Virus record (IMG/VR): IMGVR_UViG_3300030737_000007
Coordinates: 27,895-91,894 of that record
Source: a virus
Length of the DNA stretch: 64,000 nucleotides
Reading direction: 5' to 3' (one strand)
The position numbers were made by a program, and so were the translations under genes. The notes below the pieces were generated by a model. The model was not told the DNA's origin. It did not search any database and worked only from the letters and a program-made list of their open reading frames with translations. Positions 24,056-34,243 of the stretch are shown here, in pieces (the first letter of the stretch is position 1; every line of letters begins with the position of its first letter).

Positions 24056-24810
24056 GTAGGAGAGGACAGGCCCGAAATATCCCAATGTTGGGAAAGAAAT
24101 TTGGGAAGCTGACAGTTTTAGAGCGGGCAAATGGGCTGAGAAACGGGCGTTATTGGCGTTGTGAATGCGAGTGCGGGCATAGTAAGGTGGTGTTTGGTAA
24201 CGAACTGCGGCGAGGAAGTACTTGGCATTGTGGGTGCTCCAACAAAGCAGTTATCGACTTGGTGGGAAGAAGATACAACAGGTTGCTTGTCTTGGGGAGG
24301 GATCTTGAGAAAGAAAGGGAGAGCAAGAAGAGAAAGGTATGGTGGAAATGCGCTTGTGACTGTGGGAACCTTAAAACCATATGCAGTTCTGATTTGACTT
24401 GGAAGCACATTCAAAGTTGTGGATGTTTTCTAAGAGACACCCGGGGACAGTCCACCTTGAAGCACGGTTTGGCTAGAGTGGGCGCAAAAACATTAGAGTA
24501 CACAATGTGGGCGCACGCCAAGAAGCGAGCCAGAGATCGGAATATTCCTTTTGACATCAAGCCGGAAGACATTGTCATTCCCGATAAATGTCCTATATTC
24601 GGGACACCGCTGAGGTCCAGCAAAGGCAACGGAGGCAAGATGACTTCAAACAGTCCTTCTCTTGACAGAACCATTGGTGAGCTTGGCTATGTCAAAAGCA
24701 ATATTAGCGTTATCAGCCGAAGAGCTAACACTATAAAGAATGACGCCTCTTCAGAAGAACTAAGGGCTATCGCCAATTACATCGATAAGCAGACCAAAGA
24801 GGCCGCGTGA
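24052..24810 (+). CDS. putative homing endonuclease (two W.C.C.CG repeats plus HNH-like C-terminus)
   Basis: GKKFGKLTVL..WRCECECG twice; CPIFG...SLDR.....GY...NI.VIS..AN..K; lower GC. Confidence 0.8.
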   Translation: MSRRGQARNIPMLGKKFGKLTVLERANGLRNGRYWRCECECGHSKVVFGNELRRGSTWHCGCSNKAVIDLVGRRYNRLLVLGRDLEKERESKKRKVWWKCACDCGNLKTICSSDLTWKHIQSCGCFLRDTRGQSTLKHGLARVGAKTLEYTMWAHAKKRARDRNIPFDIKPEDIVIPDKCPIFGTPLRSSKGNGGKMTSNSPSLDRTIGELGYVKSNISVISRRANTIKNDASSEELRAIANYIDKQTKEAA

Positions 24811-25640
24811 CAGAAAAGCAAACAATTAGCATCCTAGCCAGAACCAATCGCGCGCTACTTCCTTTTGAGCAAGCGCTGTCGGCCGCCAACATACCCTTTT
24901 ATTACGTGAATAAGAGTGGATTTTTCAACCAGACGGAGATACAACTAACTCTTGCCTACCTCGGGGCCTCCCTCTTTCCCGCGAATTACCTCATCTCTGG
25001 TATGCTTCGGGGCGATCTGCACCCGACCAAATTTCTCCCGCGTACTCGAATCTCCGCGAAGCTAAAGGAGTTGAAAGCCGAAGATGAAGACGCCTCCTAC
25101 TGGGCAATCCTTACTAAGGAACCGCAGCGCCTGGTCGAGCCCCGCAATTTGGAAGCTGTCCGTAATTTCACGCAGTTTGTGCATAGCCTGTCCCGCTACC
25201 GCGACCTGTCTGCCGCCGACGCCCTTAAACAACTCTTCGGCGCTCTCCGGATAGGAGACCACTTCTCAGAGATGGAGTACGCAGACTCGGACCCACTGGA
25301 GAACCTGGCGGCTCTATCCAAGATGGCAAGCAAGTACGGTTCAATCAAAGAGTTTTTGGATTTCTGCCGGAGGGTCGCCGCAGCGTCTAAGAAAAAGACC
25401 GGCGTGGCCTTATCGACCTGTCATAGTTTCAAAGGAATGGAAGCCGATACGGTGTACCTCGTACAGTGCTCGGAGGGTATAATCCCGCACAGCAAAGCGA
25501 CTGATCTAGACGGGGAGCGTAATGTGTTTTTCGTAGGCTGCTCTAGACCTCGCCGCGAACTTGTGATAAGTTATTCAGGAACCCCCAGTGTGTTCCTTGC
25601 GCCGTTTATAAAGAAGGAGAAAGCTGATGTTCAAGCCTAG
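24807..25640 (+). CDS. UvrD/PcrA-like SF1 helicase, C-terminal part
   Basis: ILARTN, STCHSFKGME, ERNVFFVGCSR (motifs IVa, V, VI). Confidence 0.9.
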   Translation: MTEKQTISILARTNRALLPFEQALSAANIPFYYVNKSGFFNQTEIQLTLAYLGASLFPANYLISGMLRGDLHPTKFLPRTRISAKLKELKAEDEDASYWAILTKEPQRLVEPRNLEAVRNFTQFVHSLSRYRDLSAADALKQLFGALRIGDHFSEMEYADSDPLENLAALSKMASKYGSIKEFLDFCRRVAAASKKKTGVALSTCHSFKGMEADTVYLVQCSEGIIPHSKATDLDGERNVFFVGCSRPRRELVISYSGTPSVFLAPFIKKEKADVQA

Positions 25641-26124
25641 AGATGTGGTGCGGTACCGGTCCTCAGACACTTGGTGCCGACACGGGATCGCGGTAATCCA
25701 CGGAGGTCCAGAGTGGGGTTACGCTCAAGACACTTACTGGGGCGTTACCGACAACTACTCAGATTACGGGTGGATTCGCGAGCAAGACTTGGTAGAGTCG
25801 GTGCTTATCGGAAACCTGGATGAGTTCGAGCCGTCCCAGTACAAGGAGTGCCGGGACTTCCGCGAAGAAGATCAGTTCTACATTCCGATCGGCGGCGGTT
25901 CGGCTCAAATTTGGTACCGAAAAGGCGCGGAGCCGCAACCCGAACTCGTCTGGAAGAGACTGGTGTACGAAGTCGAGAAGGCCGAGAGCGCGATTCAGTC
26001 CGCTAATTGGAAACGGGAATGGGCCGTCAAAGAGTTGAATCAGCATATCGCCAAACACGGAATTCCAGATAATGGAATGGAGGACATCGGTGAGGCCCTA
26101 CTTCATCCGTCTGTTTCTGCCTAA
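25627..26124 (+). CDS. hypothetical protein
   Basis: AAGGAG RBS; ORF track. Confidence 0.7.
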   Translation: MFKPRDVVRYRSSDTWCRHGIAVIHGGPEWGYAQDTYWGVTDNYSDYGWIREQDLVESVLIGNLDEFEPSQYKECRDFREEDQFYIPIGGGSAQIWYRKGAEPQPELVWKRLVYEVEKAESAIQSANWKREWAVKELNQHIAKHGIPDNGMEDIGEALLHPSVSA

Positions 26125-26428
26125 CTTCGCTTTTGCGAACCCCGAAGACATCCACAAGTTCCCGCCCGACGCGCAGATTCGATTTGACCCTGAGCGCACG
26201 GGAAACGGAACTTCCCTTTTTGAGCACCCCACCGACAGCACGCATTACAACTACTACTGCATCTCGTGTTATGCCGCCGGTGGTTATAAAGATGCCTGTT
26301 TTAAGACTTCCGCCCGAGCAGCTAAGTACAAGCTAGACGGCCCCACTCTGGATCAGCAGCAAGAAATGAAAGAGCACGGCGAGCAACACTCCATCATCTA
26401 CCAATGGGCGAAAGGAATACTCAAATGA
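26072..26428 (+). CDS. hypothetical protein (start uncertain)
   Basis: ORF track; CISC; ATG inside motif A. Confidence 0.55.
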   Translation: MEWRTSVRPYFIRLFLPNFAFANPEDIHKFPPDAQIRFDPERTGNGTSLFEHPTDSTHYNYYCISCYAAGGYKDACFKTSARAAKYKLDGPTLDQQQEMKEHGEQHSIIYQWAKGILK

Positions 26429-26884
26429 AGGGTTATTGGGAACACAGAGCTAAACTACTGAAGCTGATGGGGCGTGAGCTGTCCGTGAACGAATTGGAGT
26501 TCGTGATCTGCATGTACTTCCTCGGTAAGAAGCCGAAGGCGGTCTACGACGTACTCAGAGAGTGGGAGGGTCGGTGAGCGACATCAAGTGGTACTCATAC
26601 GAATGGGAACGCCCGCAGCAGGATCTACCGGTAATCATGCGCCGTCGGAACTACGGAAGCGACGAAACTCTCTGGGAAATGATCATGATTTCGGAGGAAC
26701 TGCCTGATTGGTTCAACGTAAGCGGCCTCGAATGGCGGCCTACTGGAATCTTCACAGAGTTCGGCGGCACGATAACCCGAAATCACCAAGGATGGCAGCA
26801 AGCTAACTGTGTCGGCCTTGGGTCGAGCAGTTTTATGAGTGCCTTACTGGGGTCAGCGGCTTCCCAAGGAATAGGGGAGTGGCT

Positions 26885-28030
26885 GTGAGCTTCCTCTACA
26901 AGAACGCCTCCGGGCGCGAGATCCAGCACGGGTCAAATTCTTCCCTGTCCACATACCGGACATGCCGCCGTAAGTTCAAACTAAACCGAGTGGACGGCTG
27001 GAAACAGAAGGGCCACAAAGCCAGCCTTGAGTATGGCAAGGCTGTAGAAGACGCGATCATGTACTACCATGCCAACGGCCTCAAGAAGGGCGACTGCCTC
27101 GAAGAGTTCCAGCGGATATGGCTCAAGTGGGCCGACCAAGACCTTTCCTACACCGACCAAGAGGGTGACTTTTTCCAGCTTATGGGTATGGGTAAGGAGA
27201 TGGCGCGGCTGTACGAGGCCCGACTTCCGAGCCTACCGATCCGCAACCCCAAATTTCAGTTGCAGTACTTGAAGAAAGTCTTTGAGGGCACCGAGCTCGC
27301 CGACCTGGAGTTCATGGGGTACGTGGACATGCTGTCTACCCTCGAAGACGGCAGCCGCCTGATCATCGACATCAAAACGGCGAAGTCCGGCCTCGACCTA
27401 ACCCCGAACATGCTATCCATGGACCCCCAGCTCCGAGAGTACGCCTGGCTGTCCGGAATCCGGGATGTGGCGTTCCTGTGGTTCGTCAAGTCCAAAGCCG
27501 GGGTCAAGAAGGGCGACACCGTAAGCCTGCTGGACGAGGGTGGGGCCGAGATGACCGCCTTCAAATACCAGAAGGACGAAGAGACTCAAGAAGAGAAGGT
27601 GCTGCTCGGGCACCCGATCGCTGTCCAGATACTGGACGACCAACTATCCGAGATCAAGGGCAAAGGCTCTACCAAGTTACAAGAAGCCTTCGTCGAGAAT
27701 TGGGTGGAATTGGGTATAATCAGGTGGGTTCCGCGCGACCAGATTGTTAAAGTCCGGCTCCAGTTTGTCCGTGCTACAATACCCGCAGAGATTATCCCAG
27801 AAGTCGGCAACCGTGTCGGGCATTTGATGGTGCAGATGAGGCAGTCGGCCCTAGACAACGACTATCCGCAGGACGGCGGCGTGCGATTCCCGAACCAGAT
27901 CTGCACATGGTGTGAATTTCGGGGCTGCTGCCTGAAAGACCAAGGCTTGCGGGACGCCCTGCTTGTCCAGATCGCCCCCGCAGCAAACGAACCAGACTGG
28001 TTAGATGACTTAGAAGAGGAGGCAGCGTGA
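26885..28030 (+). CDS. PD-(D/E)XK Cas4/RecB-like exonuclease
   Basis: S.LSTY.TC.RKF, GYVD, IIDIKT, QL..Y, C.WCEF...C. Confidence 0.85.
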   Translation: MSFLYKNASGREIQHGSNSSLSTYRTCRRKFKLNRVDGWKQKGHKASLEYGKAVEDAIMYYHANGLKKGDCLEEFQRIWLKWADQDLSYTDQEGDFFQLMGMGKEMARLYEARLPSLPIRNPKFQLQYLKKVFEGTELADLEFMGYVDMLSTLEDGSRLIIDIKTAKSGLDLTPNMLSMDPQLREYAWLSGIRDVAFLWFVKSKAGVKKGDTVSLLDEGGAEMTAFKYQKDEETQEEKVLLGHPIAVQILDDQLSEIKGKGSTKLQEAFVENWVELGIIRWVPRDQIVKVRLQFVRATIPAEIIPEVGNRVGHLMVQMRQSALDNDYPQDGGVRFPNQICTWCEFRGCCLKDQGLRDALLVQIAPAANEPDWLDDLEEEAA

Positions 28031-28281
28031 AATCAGTTGATTACTTATACGACATTCTCAAGAAACATCCGGACGAAGGGTGGTATATCGGCAAGAAGCG
28101 GTACACCATCGGAACCTCAAGGATCGATGGAAAGTGGAAAGAGGCCGTATGCCTCTGCTGGCGCGATCGGGTTGGCGTGATTAGCGAATTCTACGACACC
28201 CCCGAGGAGGCTTGGGAAGTCTTTCTCGCAGCCAATTACCCGAAGGTCTTGGAGCAGTGGAAAGAGAAGGAGGCAGCGTGA
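28027..28281 (+). CDS. hypothetical protein
   Basis: GGAGG RBS, GTGA overlaps. Confidence 0.65.
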   Translation: MKSVDYLYDILKKHPDEGWYIGKKRYTIGTSRIDGKWKEAVCLCWRDRVGVISEFYDTPEEAWEVFLAANYPKVLEQWKEKEAA

Positions 28282-28709
28282 GTCTAACCCCAAAGAAACG
28301 AGCCGAGCTGTTCAATATGTTCAAGGGGAAGTGTGCTTACTGTGGCTGCGATCTCCCCGCAAAAGGATGGCACGCCGACCACATAGAGCCTATCATCCGA
28401 GGAGGCAAGTTTGTGCCGGTCGAAAATCACGGGTACACCTCCTACAAATACGTCCAGAACGGAAAGTGCGAGAGGCCCGAGAACAACCGAGACGATAACT
28501 ACTACCCCTCCTGCCGGTCATGCAATATCAACAAGAGCTCCTGCGGCTTAGAGCTGTGGCGTAAGTGCTTGGAGCGGGTGGTTGAGGGGATGCGGCGCGA
28601 CCACGCTTCTTTCAGACACGCCGAGAGGTTTGGGTTGGTCAAGGAAGCGGAGACCAAGGTAGTGTTCTATTTCGAGAAATTCCAGAAAGTGGAAAGTGAG
28701 GTAGCATGA
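28278..28709 (+). CDS. HNH endonuclease
   Basis: GKCAYCG...ADHIEP...N..PSCRSCN..K. Confidence 0.88.
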   Translation: MSLTPKKRAELFNMFKGKCAYCGCDLPAKGWHADHIEPIIRGGKFVPVENHGYTSYKYVQNGKCERPENNRDDNYYPSCRSCNINKSSCGLELWRKCLERVVEGMRRDHASFRHAERFGLVKEAETKVVFYFEKFQKVESEVA

Positions 28710-28896
28710 GTGAAGTATACGTATTAGTGAAGCAGGTTCCTGGTCGCCCGAACGGTGAGGTGACCTTGCATGGTGCAACAAGCGACGAGATAGTGTCTGA
28801 TACTTGGTCGGCGGCGGGTCCTGATAATGTGTCTTTTCTGGTCGATACCGATTACGCGCCCGGATTTGATCCCTGCCAGTGGGAAGAGGTGGAAGA

Positions 28897-29097
28897 GTGA
28901 GCACAATCCTGCGTAATGCAGTTCGGTGTAAGAAGTGTCTAGCCGTGCTAGAGTCTAAGCACCGGCATGACTTCGTCCAGTGCCCCTGCGGCGTATTCGT
29001 AGATGGCGGGCGCGACTACCTGCGCGGCGGCTGGCCCGGCGGCGAGTACGAAGACTGGGTCGAGGAGTTGCACGAGTTCGCCAATGACGAAGTTTAG
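28897..29097 (+). CDS. small Zn-binding protein
   Basis: CKKC...S.HRHDFV.C.CG..VDGG. Confidence 0.7.
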   Translation: MSTILRNAVRCKKCLAVLESKHRHDFVQCPCGVFVDGGRDYLRGGWPGGEYEDWVEELHEFANDEV

Positions 29098-29127
29098 CTT
29101 TCCATTATCTGGAATTTAGGGGTAGCC

Positions 29128-30255
29128 GTGCCGAAAAGAGTCGTGGATGGGGACGCTGTATGGCGCTCCAAGAAGCTGAAACTGATGCACCCGCAGTTCC
29201 GGGCCGAGTACGCCAACCTGGTCCCGCTCGCGGAGGCTAACGGAGTGTTTGAAGTGGACGCGGACAGGATCTGGTCGGATGTCTACTCATACAACCGCGA
29301 CGAAATCTCGGTCGAAACGGTCGAAGAAATCCTCGCTAACCTAGAAGAAGTCGGTCTCCTGCGTGTCTGGGAAGAGGATCGCAAGGTCTGGGGGTATTGG
29401 GAAGGTATCCACAAGTCTGGTCGGCTGCCAAAAGCCTCGGAACTGTCGAAATATAAGAACTTACCTCCGAACCCACCGCCGGAAAAGAGTATCAGCGGAG
29501 ACTCAGCGGAGACCTCGCTGACCCTCGGCCCTAGGTTTGGTATTGGTTTGGATAGGATTGGTAATGGTTTAGATGCGGAACCGCAAGACCAAAATGAAAC
29601 AATTTCTGAAGACGAGGACACGGACATGAAGCTCAAGAAAGAAATTCAGGTAGTGTGCATGAGGTACGGAGCCAACGCCGGGGGGTTCAACGAGACCTGG
29701 GAACAGATGTCCGCTTTGGAGCAGGCCCATTCTCGCGGAGCAGTTGTCCGCAGCTTTACCGAGTTCCTGGACGAGAACCAAGGGGATGACTTCCCCCGGG
29801 GGGCTGTTTCTGCGTACCTGAGGGGCGCTGCGAGGCGTTTGTCCTCTGGAACGTCCTCAGCATCGGTCGCGGCCAAGGACCCGCAGGTGAAGGCACTGGA
29901 GGCCGAATTGATCTACTTGTCCGACGATCGGGTAACCTTTCAGGCCGGGCACAAGATCGTTCTGGAGGAATTGCTTCGGGAACATAGCCCCGAGGAGGTT
30001 ATCTCAGCTTTCAAGACGTTCATTGAGAACAAAGACCTGAATGACCCTAAGGTGCTGAACTTCGCTGCCAAGAACTTCGTGGACGCTGCAAACGGTCTGA
30101 TACTCTCTGCGCGCCGCCGCAACCAAGAACGGGATCGCGACTCCGCCGCCCGAGAATCAGCTAAGCTCCGCCTCCAAGAAGAAGCAGAAGCCGAGCGGGC
30201 CGCCGCGGAAGTCGCCAAGCAGGCTGAGGAAGCGTTGTTCGATCCCCTCGCGTAA
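29128..30255 (+). CDS. putative replication initiation / replisome organiser protein
   Basis: MPKRVVDG..W.S.K, A...G.FE, L.EVGLL..W N-terminus typical of phage initiators; motif A directly upstream. Confidence 0.55.
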   Translation: MPKRVVDGDAVWRSKKLKLMHPQFRAEYANLVPLAEANGVFEVDADRIWSDVYSYNRDEISVETVEEILANLEEVGLLRVWEEDRKVWGYWEGIHKSGRLPKASELSKYKNLPPNPPPEKSISGDSAETSLTLGPRFGIGLDRIGNGLDAEPQDQNETISEDEDTDMKLKKEIQVVCMRYGANAGGFNETWEQMSALEQAHSRGAVVRSFTEFLDENQGDDFPRGAVSAYLRGAARRLSSGTSSASVAAKDPQVKALEAELIYLSDDRVTFQAGHKIVLEELLREHSPEEVISAFKTFIENKDLNDPKVLNFAAKNFVDAANGLILSARRRNQERDRDSAARESAKLRLQEEAEAERAAAEVAKQAEEALFDPLA

Positions 30256-30262
30256 CACCTAT

Positions 30263-30308
30263 TTGCGTGACACCTGAAAGTGTGGTACACTCCGTCCAGA
30301 TAATGGAA
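30263..30308 (+). promoter_or_regulatory. sigma70-type promoter with motif A over the start site
   Basis: TTGCGT-17 nt-TACACT (TGG-extended) then GTCCAGATAATGGAA 30294-30308. Confidence 0.65.
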
Positions 30309-30681
30309 AACCGAAAGGCCCCGATGAAAATTCAGTATGTTGAACCAATCCACGACCTGGCGACCCCGCGCAAGTGCTCGGTCTGCCTTGAACCTGCCAC
30401 TAGCTTCGGGTTTACCGCCAACCATCGTGGCGCGGTCAACCCTTCCTCGAAGACACCACTCTGCCCGGCCCACTCGGAACTCTAATGGAAAACACATGGG
30501 GTAAAACAGCCTACTTAGGCCCGCGGGTAGATCAGAAGGTCTGGATCTACTACAAGCGGGAAGTGCTAGAAGCCGTGTACCTCGGGCACGGAAATTACTA
30601 CCTTCAGTTTGCGCAGCGCGGCGTAGCGTTCGAGGGCCGCTGGATGCCCCGAGAGATACCAGCACCACCAGTGGAGTAGCC

Positions 30682-30996
30682 TTGACCATCACAGAGTTCA
30701 GAGACAAGCACCAGTCCACGATGGAAGAGAGTACCTGGATAGCCGGGTGCTATCTCGAAGAAGTAGAAGGACTTAGGTTCGGGATCGACTTCGTAACCGG
30801 GGATGCTCTGGAATTGGCCGCCTCCGCGCTGACCCGGACAATGACCAACAAATTCCGGGACGAGCAGGCGAACAAAGCTATTCTGGCTGACGTGCAATCC
30901 GAAATGCTGGCGCTATCCGCGCCGAAGCCGAACAGATTTGAAGATGATGACTGGGAAGAGCGCTGGCCGCACGGAGACGAGACTGACGATGTCTGA
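30682..30996 (+). CDS. hypothetical protein
   Basis: GGAG RBS, TTG start. Confidence 0.55.
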   Translation: MTITEFRDKHQSTMEESTWIAGCYLEEVEGLRFGIDFVTGDALELAASALTRTMTNKFRDEQANKAILADVQSEMLALSAPKPNRFEDDDWEERWPHGDETDDV

Positions 30997-32857
30997 TGAC
31001 CTTGATGCAATTAAGGGGAACCCCGCGGTAATTCGGGTGTACAACTCAATTCTCAAATTGAGATCTTTGGGCGGGGGAAAGTATCAGGGACTTTGCCCGC
31101 TACCAGGACATAGCGAGAAGTCCCCGTCCTTTACCGTTTACCCCGACATGCGCGCGCACTGCTTCGGATGCAACCAGGATTTCAACATATTTACGCTGTT
31201 GCAGGCCGTCGAGGGTATTGATTTCAAGCAGGCTCTGGAGAAGGTGAAGAAAGAGATTGGCGGGTGGGAAGAGGCCAAGGAGACTACCGAACGGGCTTTC
31301 AAGCCGATCGCCCCGACCAAAGTGTTTAAGACAATACCGCTCAGTAACTTTCAGAAGCTAGAGGAGGCTTTGGAGTATAGTGTTCCTGCTCGGGAATGGC
31401 TACTCAAGGAGCGTGGCCTAATCTACGAGGCAGTAAAGCGACTCCACGTTGGGTTTGTCCAGTCCATAGGCAATTTGGCTGGACAAGACGGGGCGGACAT
31501 CGCCGATAAGGGTTGGATCGCCTTTCCGTGTATCGAGGGTGACAAGGTAATCTCAATCAAATACCGTTCCATTATTCGGAAAAAGCCGGGTGGATTCGCA
31601 CGCCAGCCGGGAATGGCGACCGCTCTCTGGAACTCCGAGACGATCGATGTATTCGAACCTGTCTACCTGACGGAAGGCGAGTTCGACTCCGCCGCGCTAG
31701 AGGCTGCGGGATTCCATGCGGTCAGCGTCCCCTCTGCCGGGGTGAAACTAACCCCAGAGCAGAAGGACCAACTGATGAAGGCGGCGTACGTAGTGCTGTC
31801 CGGAGACAACGACCCCACTGGCTCGGGGTACATGAAGAAGCTTTGGGGTGAGCTGAATGAGCGGTGCTACCTACTAACATGGCCGGACGGCTGCAAGGAT
31901 GCGAACCAGGCGCTGAAGGAGAACTGCAAGGGTGACATAGATAAGTTCCGCGAAATGGTAGACAGTCTCACGTCTAAAGCGAAATCAACCCCGGTCCCAG
32001 ATGTCTACGCTATTCAGGAAATCATGAAGAATAGCGAGGATACCAGCCTTGCCGACCGGGCTGATCGCCTGCGGTTCCCGTGGTCCAACGTGGATAAGAT
32101 GACCATCCTGTTACCCGGGTCCGTGCTGGGGCTCACCTCGACGAACACGTCTATGGGTAAGACCCCCTTCGCGATCCAAGGAACTTTATTTGGGGCTAGG
32201 AAATATCAGGAAGTTGTGGTAAACTGGCAGTGCGAATTAAGTCCAGCGGAAATTTCAGTGATCGTAGCGGCACAGGTGCTCCACAAGAACCGTAATTTCC
32301 TGGGCAAAGAAGACTTGAAACAAGCAGCAGAGCAACTCGACGGAGTAGCCTACTACGTCGGTAATAACCCAGTCATCACGAACATCATGGAAGTGCTTGA
32401 TATCATGGAGGCCGCAATACGTCGCTTAGGGGCCACGGTCGCAGTGCTTGATAATCTGCATTTTTATACAACAGGCATCGACGACGAGAACCGAGTCCAG
32501 ACCGCGGCGATCAAGAGGATTAAGCAGATAGCAGGGACGTATGGCTGTAAATGGATTGTGGTCGGACAGCCTCGTAAGGCCTCTGCGCAGTCCAAAGGTA
32601 AAAAGACCCACATTACCGACGCCAAAGGTTCTGGGTCATTCGGCGATACATGCGACAGCTTCATGGCGATCCACCGTGAAGTCGCGAAGCGGGACGGCGA
32701 TGAAGAGTTGAGCGATATTTACGAGGACAAGGTATTAGTAGAAATGCTGAAGACGCGATCAAAGGGTACAGGTAAGTCCAGCGGGTTCTTGACCTTTTTT
32801 GGAGAGTTCGCAGAGTTTGTTCAGTTGGATACGCATCACGAGGAGGAACCGGAATAA
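30989..32857 (+). CDS. DNA primase-helicase (CHC2 zinc finger + TOPRIM + SF4 helicase)
   Basis: CPLPGHSEKSPSF..HCFGC; TEGEFD; DND; KDAN; MGKT; LDNLH; KGSG. Confidence 0.9.
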   Translation: MSDDLDAIKGNPAVIRVYNSILKLRSLGGGKYQGLCPLPGHSEKSPSFTVYPDMRAHCFGCNQDFNIFTLLQAVEGIDFKQALEKVKKEIGGWEEAKETTERAFKPIAPTKVFKTIPLSNFQKLEEALEYSVPAREWLLKERGLIYEAVKRLHVGFVQSIGNLAGQDGADIADKGWIAFPCIEGDKVISIKYRSIIRKKPGGFARQPGMATALWNSETIDVFEPVYLTEGEFDSAALEAAGFHAVSVPSAGVKLTPEQKDQLMKAAYVVLSGDNDPTGSGYMKKLWGELNERCYLLTWPDGCKDANQALKENCKGDIDKFREMVDSLTSKAKSTPVPDVYAIQEIMKNSEDTSLADRADRLRFPWSNVDKMTILLPGSVLGLTSTNTSMGKTPFAIQGTLFGARKYQEVVVNWQCELSPAEISVIVAAQVLHKNRNFLGKEDLKQAAEQLDGVAYYVGNNPVITNIMEVLDIMEAAIRRLGATVAVLDNLHFYTTGIDDENRVQTAAIKRIKQIAGTYGCKWIVVGQPRKASAQSKGKKTHITDAKGSGSFGDTCDSFMAIHREVAKRDGDEELSDIYEDKVLVEMLKTRSKGTGKSSGFLTFFGEFAEFVQLDTHHEEEPE

Positions 32858-33166
32858 TGGAAACTATCACTTACGCCCTAACCTGCAAAACAGAAGAAGA
32901 CACGCAACAAGTAGGTCTTCTTATCGACTACCTTTACGAGATGGACCGGCGCGCGGCGATTTTACTCGTCGAGAAATACGGGGTGAAGTCGTGAAAGTAG
33001 TCTTCCTCGCGGTCCCGTTCATTGTGTTTTTCTTCGCCGCTTTCTATTTCGCCAGCGTCCTCCCTTCGGCGTGGTGGTCCTTCCCTGCGTCCTTCCTCTG
33101 CGCGATATTTGACTTTTTCTTCTTCATCGCGGCGTTTGGCGAACTGATGTCCAGGATTACCAACCG

Positions 33167-34243
33167 ATGATCATCTCCTCCACAGACCTGAAGCGCGACC
33201 TCAAGAAACTCTCGGGCGTTCGCGCAGAGCAGTACGTCTTCGGCCCCCACGGAGTCTCCGCGCAGGACTCGGACGTGTGGGTCGTGGTCGCCTCCCCGCT
33301 ATCCGAACTCGGGAGTTTCAGTTTGCTCGGTAAGAAACTGACCCAGGTAGCGAACAGGATGTCCGGGCAAGTCGAGATCACCCGCACCGAGCAGTCTCTG
33401 GTCCTGAAGTCAGCCAAGGCGCGAATCGAGCTCGAAGTCAAAGACGCCCGCCCGCAGGCTTTCCCCAAGGCGAATGAGAACGGTCTCACCTTCACGGGTG
33501 ACGCCGCGGTCAAGTTCAAAAAGTCGCTGGCCCTGTCCGCCGCCTCAGTAGATTCCCAGAAGTCCAAGTGGTGCGGAGACGTGGTCCACTTCGAGAGCCT
33601 GGCAATGGGGATCGAGGACGAGTTCGCGCCCGGGTACCGACTGGTCGGAACCGACGAGAAGGTACTAACGGTAGTGTCCGAGCCGGGCGGGAGTTTCCCT
33701 CAGTTCTCGCACCTGCTCAGTCTGGCGGCCTGCGGGTTTGTCCAGATAATGGAAAACTCGATCACGTTCCGCGAAGCGGGCACATGCACCTTGATCCAGT
33801 CCCCCGGCCTTGACGTGTACGCCTCCAAACCCCTCAAGGTGTACCAGCCGATCGAGCGGATTTTAGCCGTCACGCCGGTCCTGAAATTCTATTTCAAACC
33901 CGAAGAGTGGTTGGCCGCATACCGGACAGTAGAGCCTCTGCTGGAAGAAGACGACGGCGCGCGCCCAGTGACTTTACATTTCTCGGACGGCGTGGTACAA
34001 TTCTCTACATCAGGAACAGGAACAAACGGTTTAGACGAGTCAGTTTATGAGCAAGTTGAACCCGACCCTCTATTTGATCCGCAAGAGATTACTTTGGTGG
34101 TGAACGCAGATCACTTGTCCGGGTTTTTGTCTAAGGTGACCGGCGAGGCTACACTAGCGTTCACGGCAATGAACAAGCCATTGAAGTACGAGTCGGGCGG
34201 GTTACAGACTCTGACGTTTCTTAGAAAGGGGAGTAAGAAATAA
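33167..34243 (+). CDS. DNA sliding clamp (beta/DnaN-like)
   Basis: About 360 aa; LVGTD..L (cf. vaTDghrL); NADHL..FL (cf. N..yl.d.l); DnaX-like gene in the same genome. Confidence 0.6.
   Translation: MIISSTDLKRDLKKLSGVRAEQYVFGPHGVSAQDSDVWVVVASPLSELGSFSLLGKKLTQVANRMSGQVEITRTEQSLVLKSAKARIELEVKDARPQAFPKANENGLTFTGDAAVKFKKSLALSAASVDSQKSKWCGDVVHFESLAMGIEDEFAPGYRLVGTDEKVLTVVSEPGGSFPQFSHLLSLAACGFVQIMENSITFREAGTCTLIQSPGLDVYASKPLKVYQPIERILAVTPVLKFYFKPEEWLAAYRTVEPLLEEDDGARPVTLHFSDGVVQFSTSGTGTNGLDESVYEQVEPDPLFDPQEITLVVNADHLSGFLSKVTGEATLAFTAMNKPLKYESGGLQTLTFLRKGSKK

Noticed and set aside
24052-24810. Group I/II intron or intein in the helicase
   Set aside because: The three ORFs overlap directly with no non-coding flanks for an intron core, and they are not one continuous frame as an intein would require
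32849-32863. Motif A copy at the primase-helicase stop (CCGGAATAATGGAA)
   Set aside because: One extra base breaks the spacing; not counted
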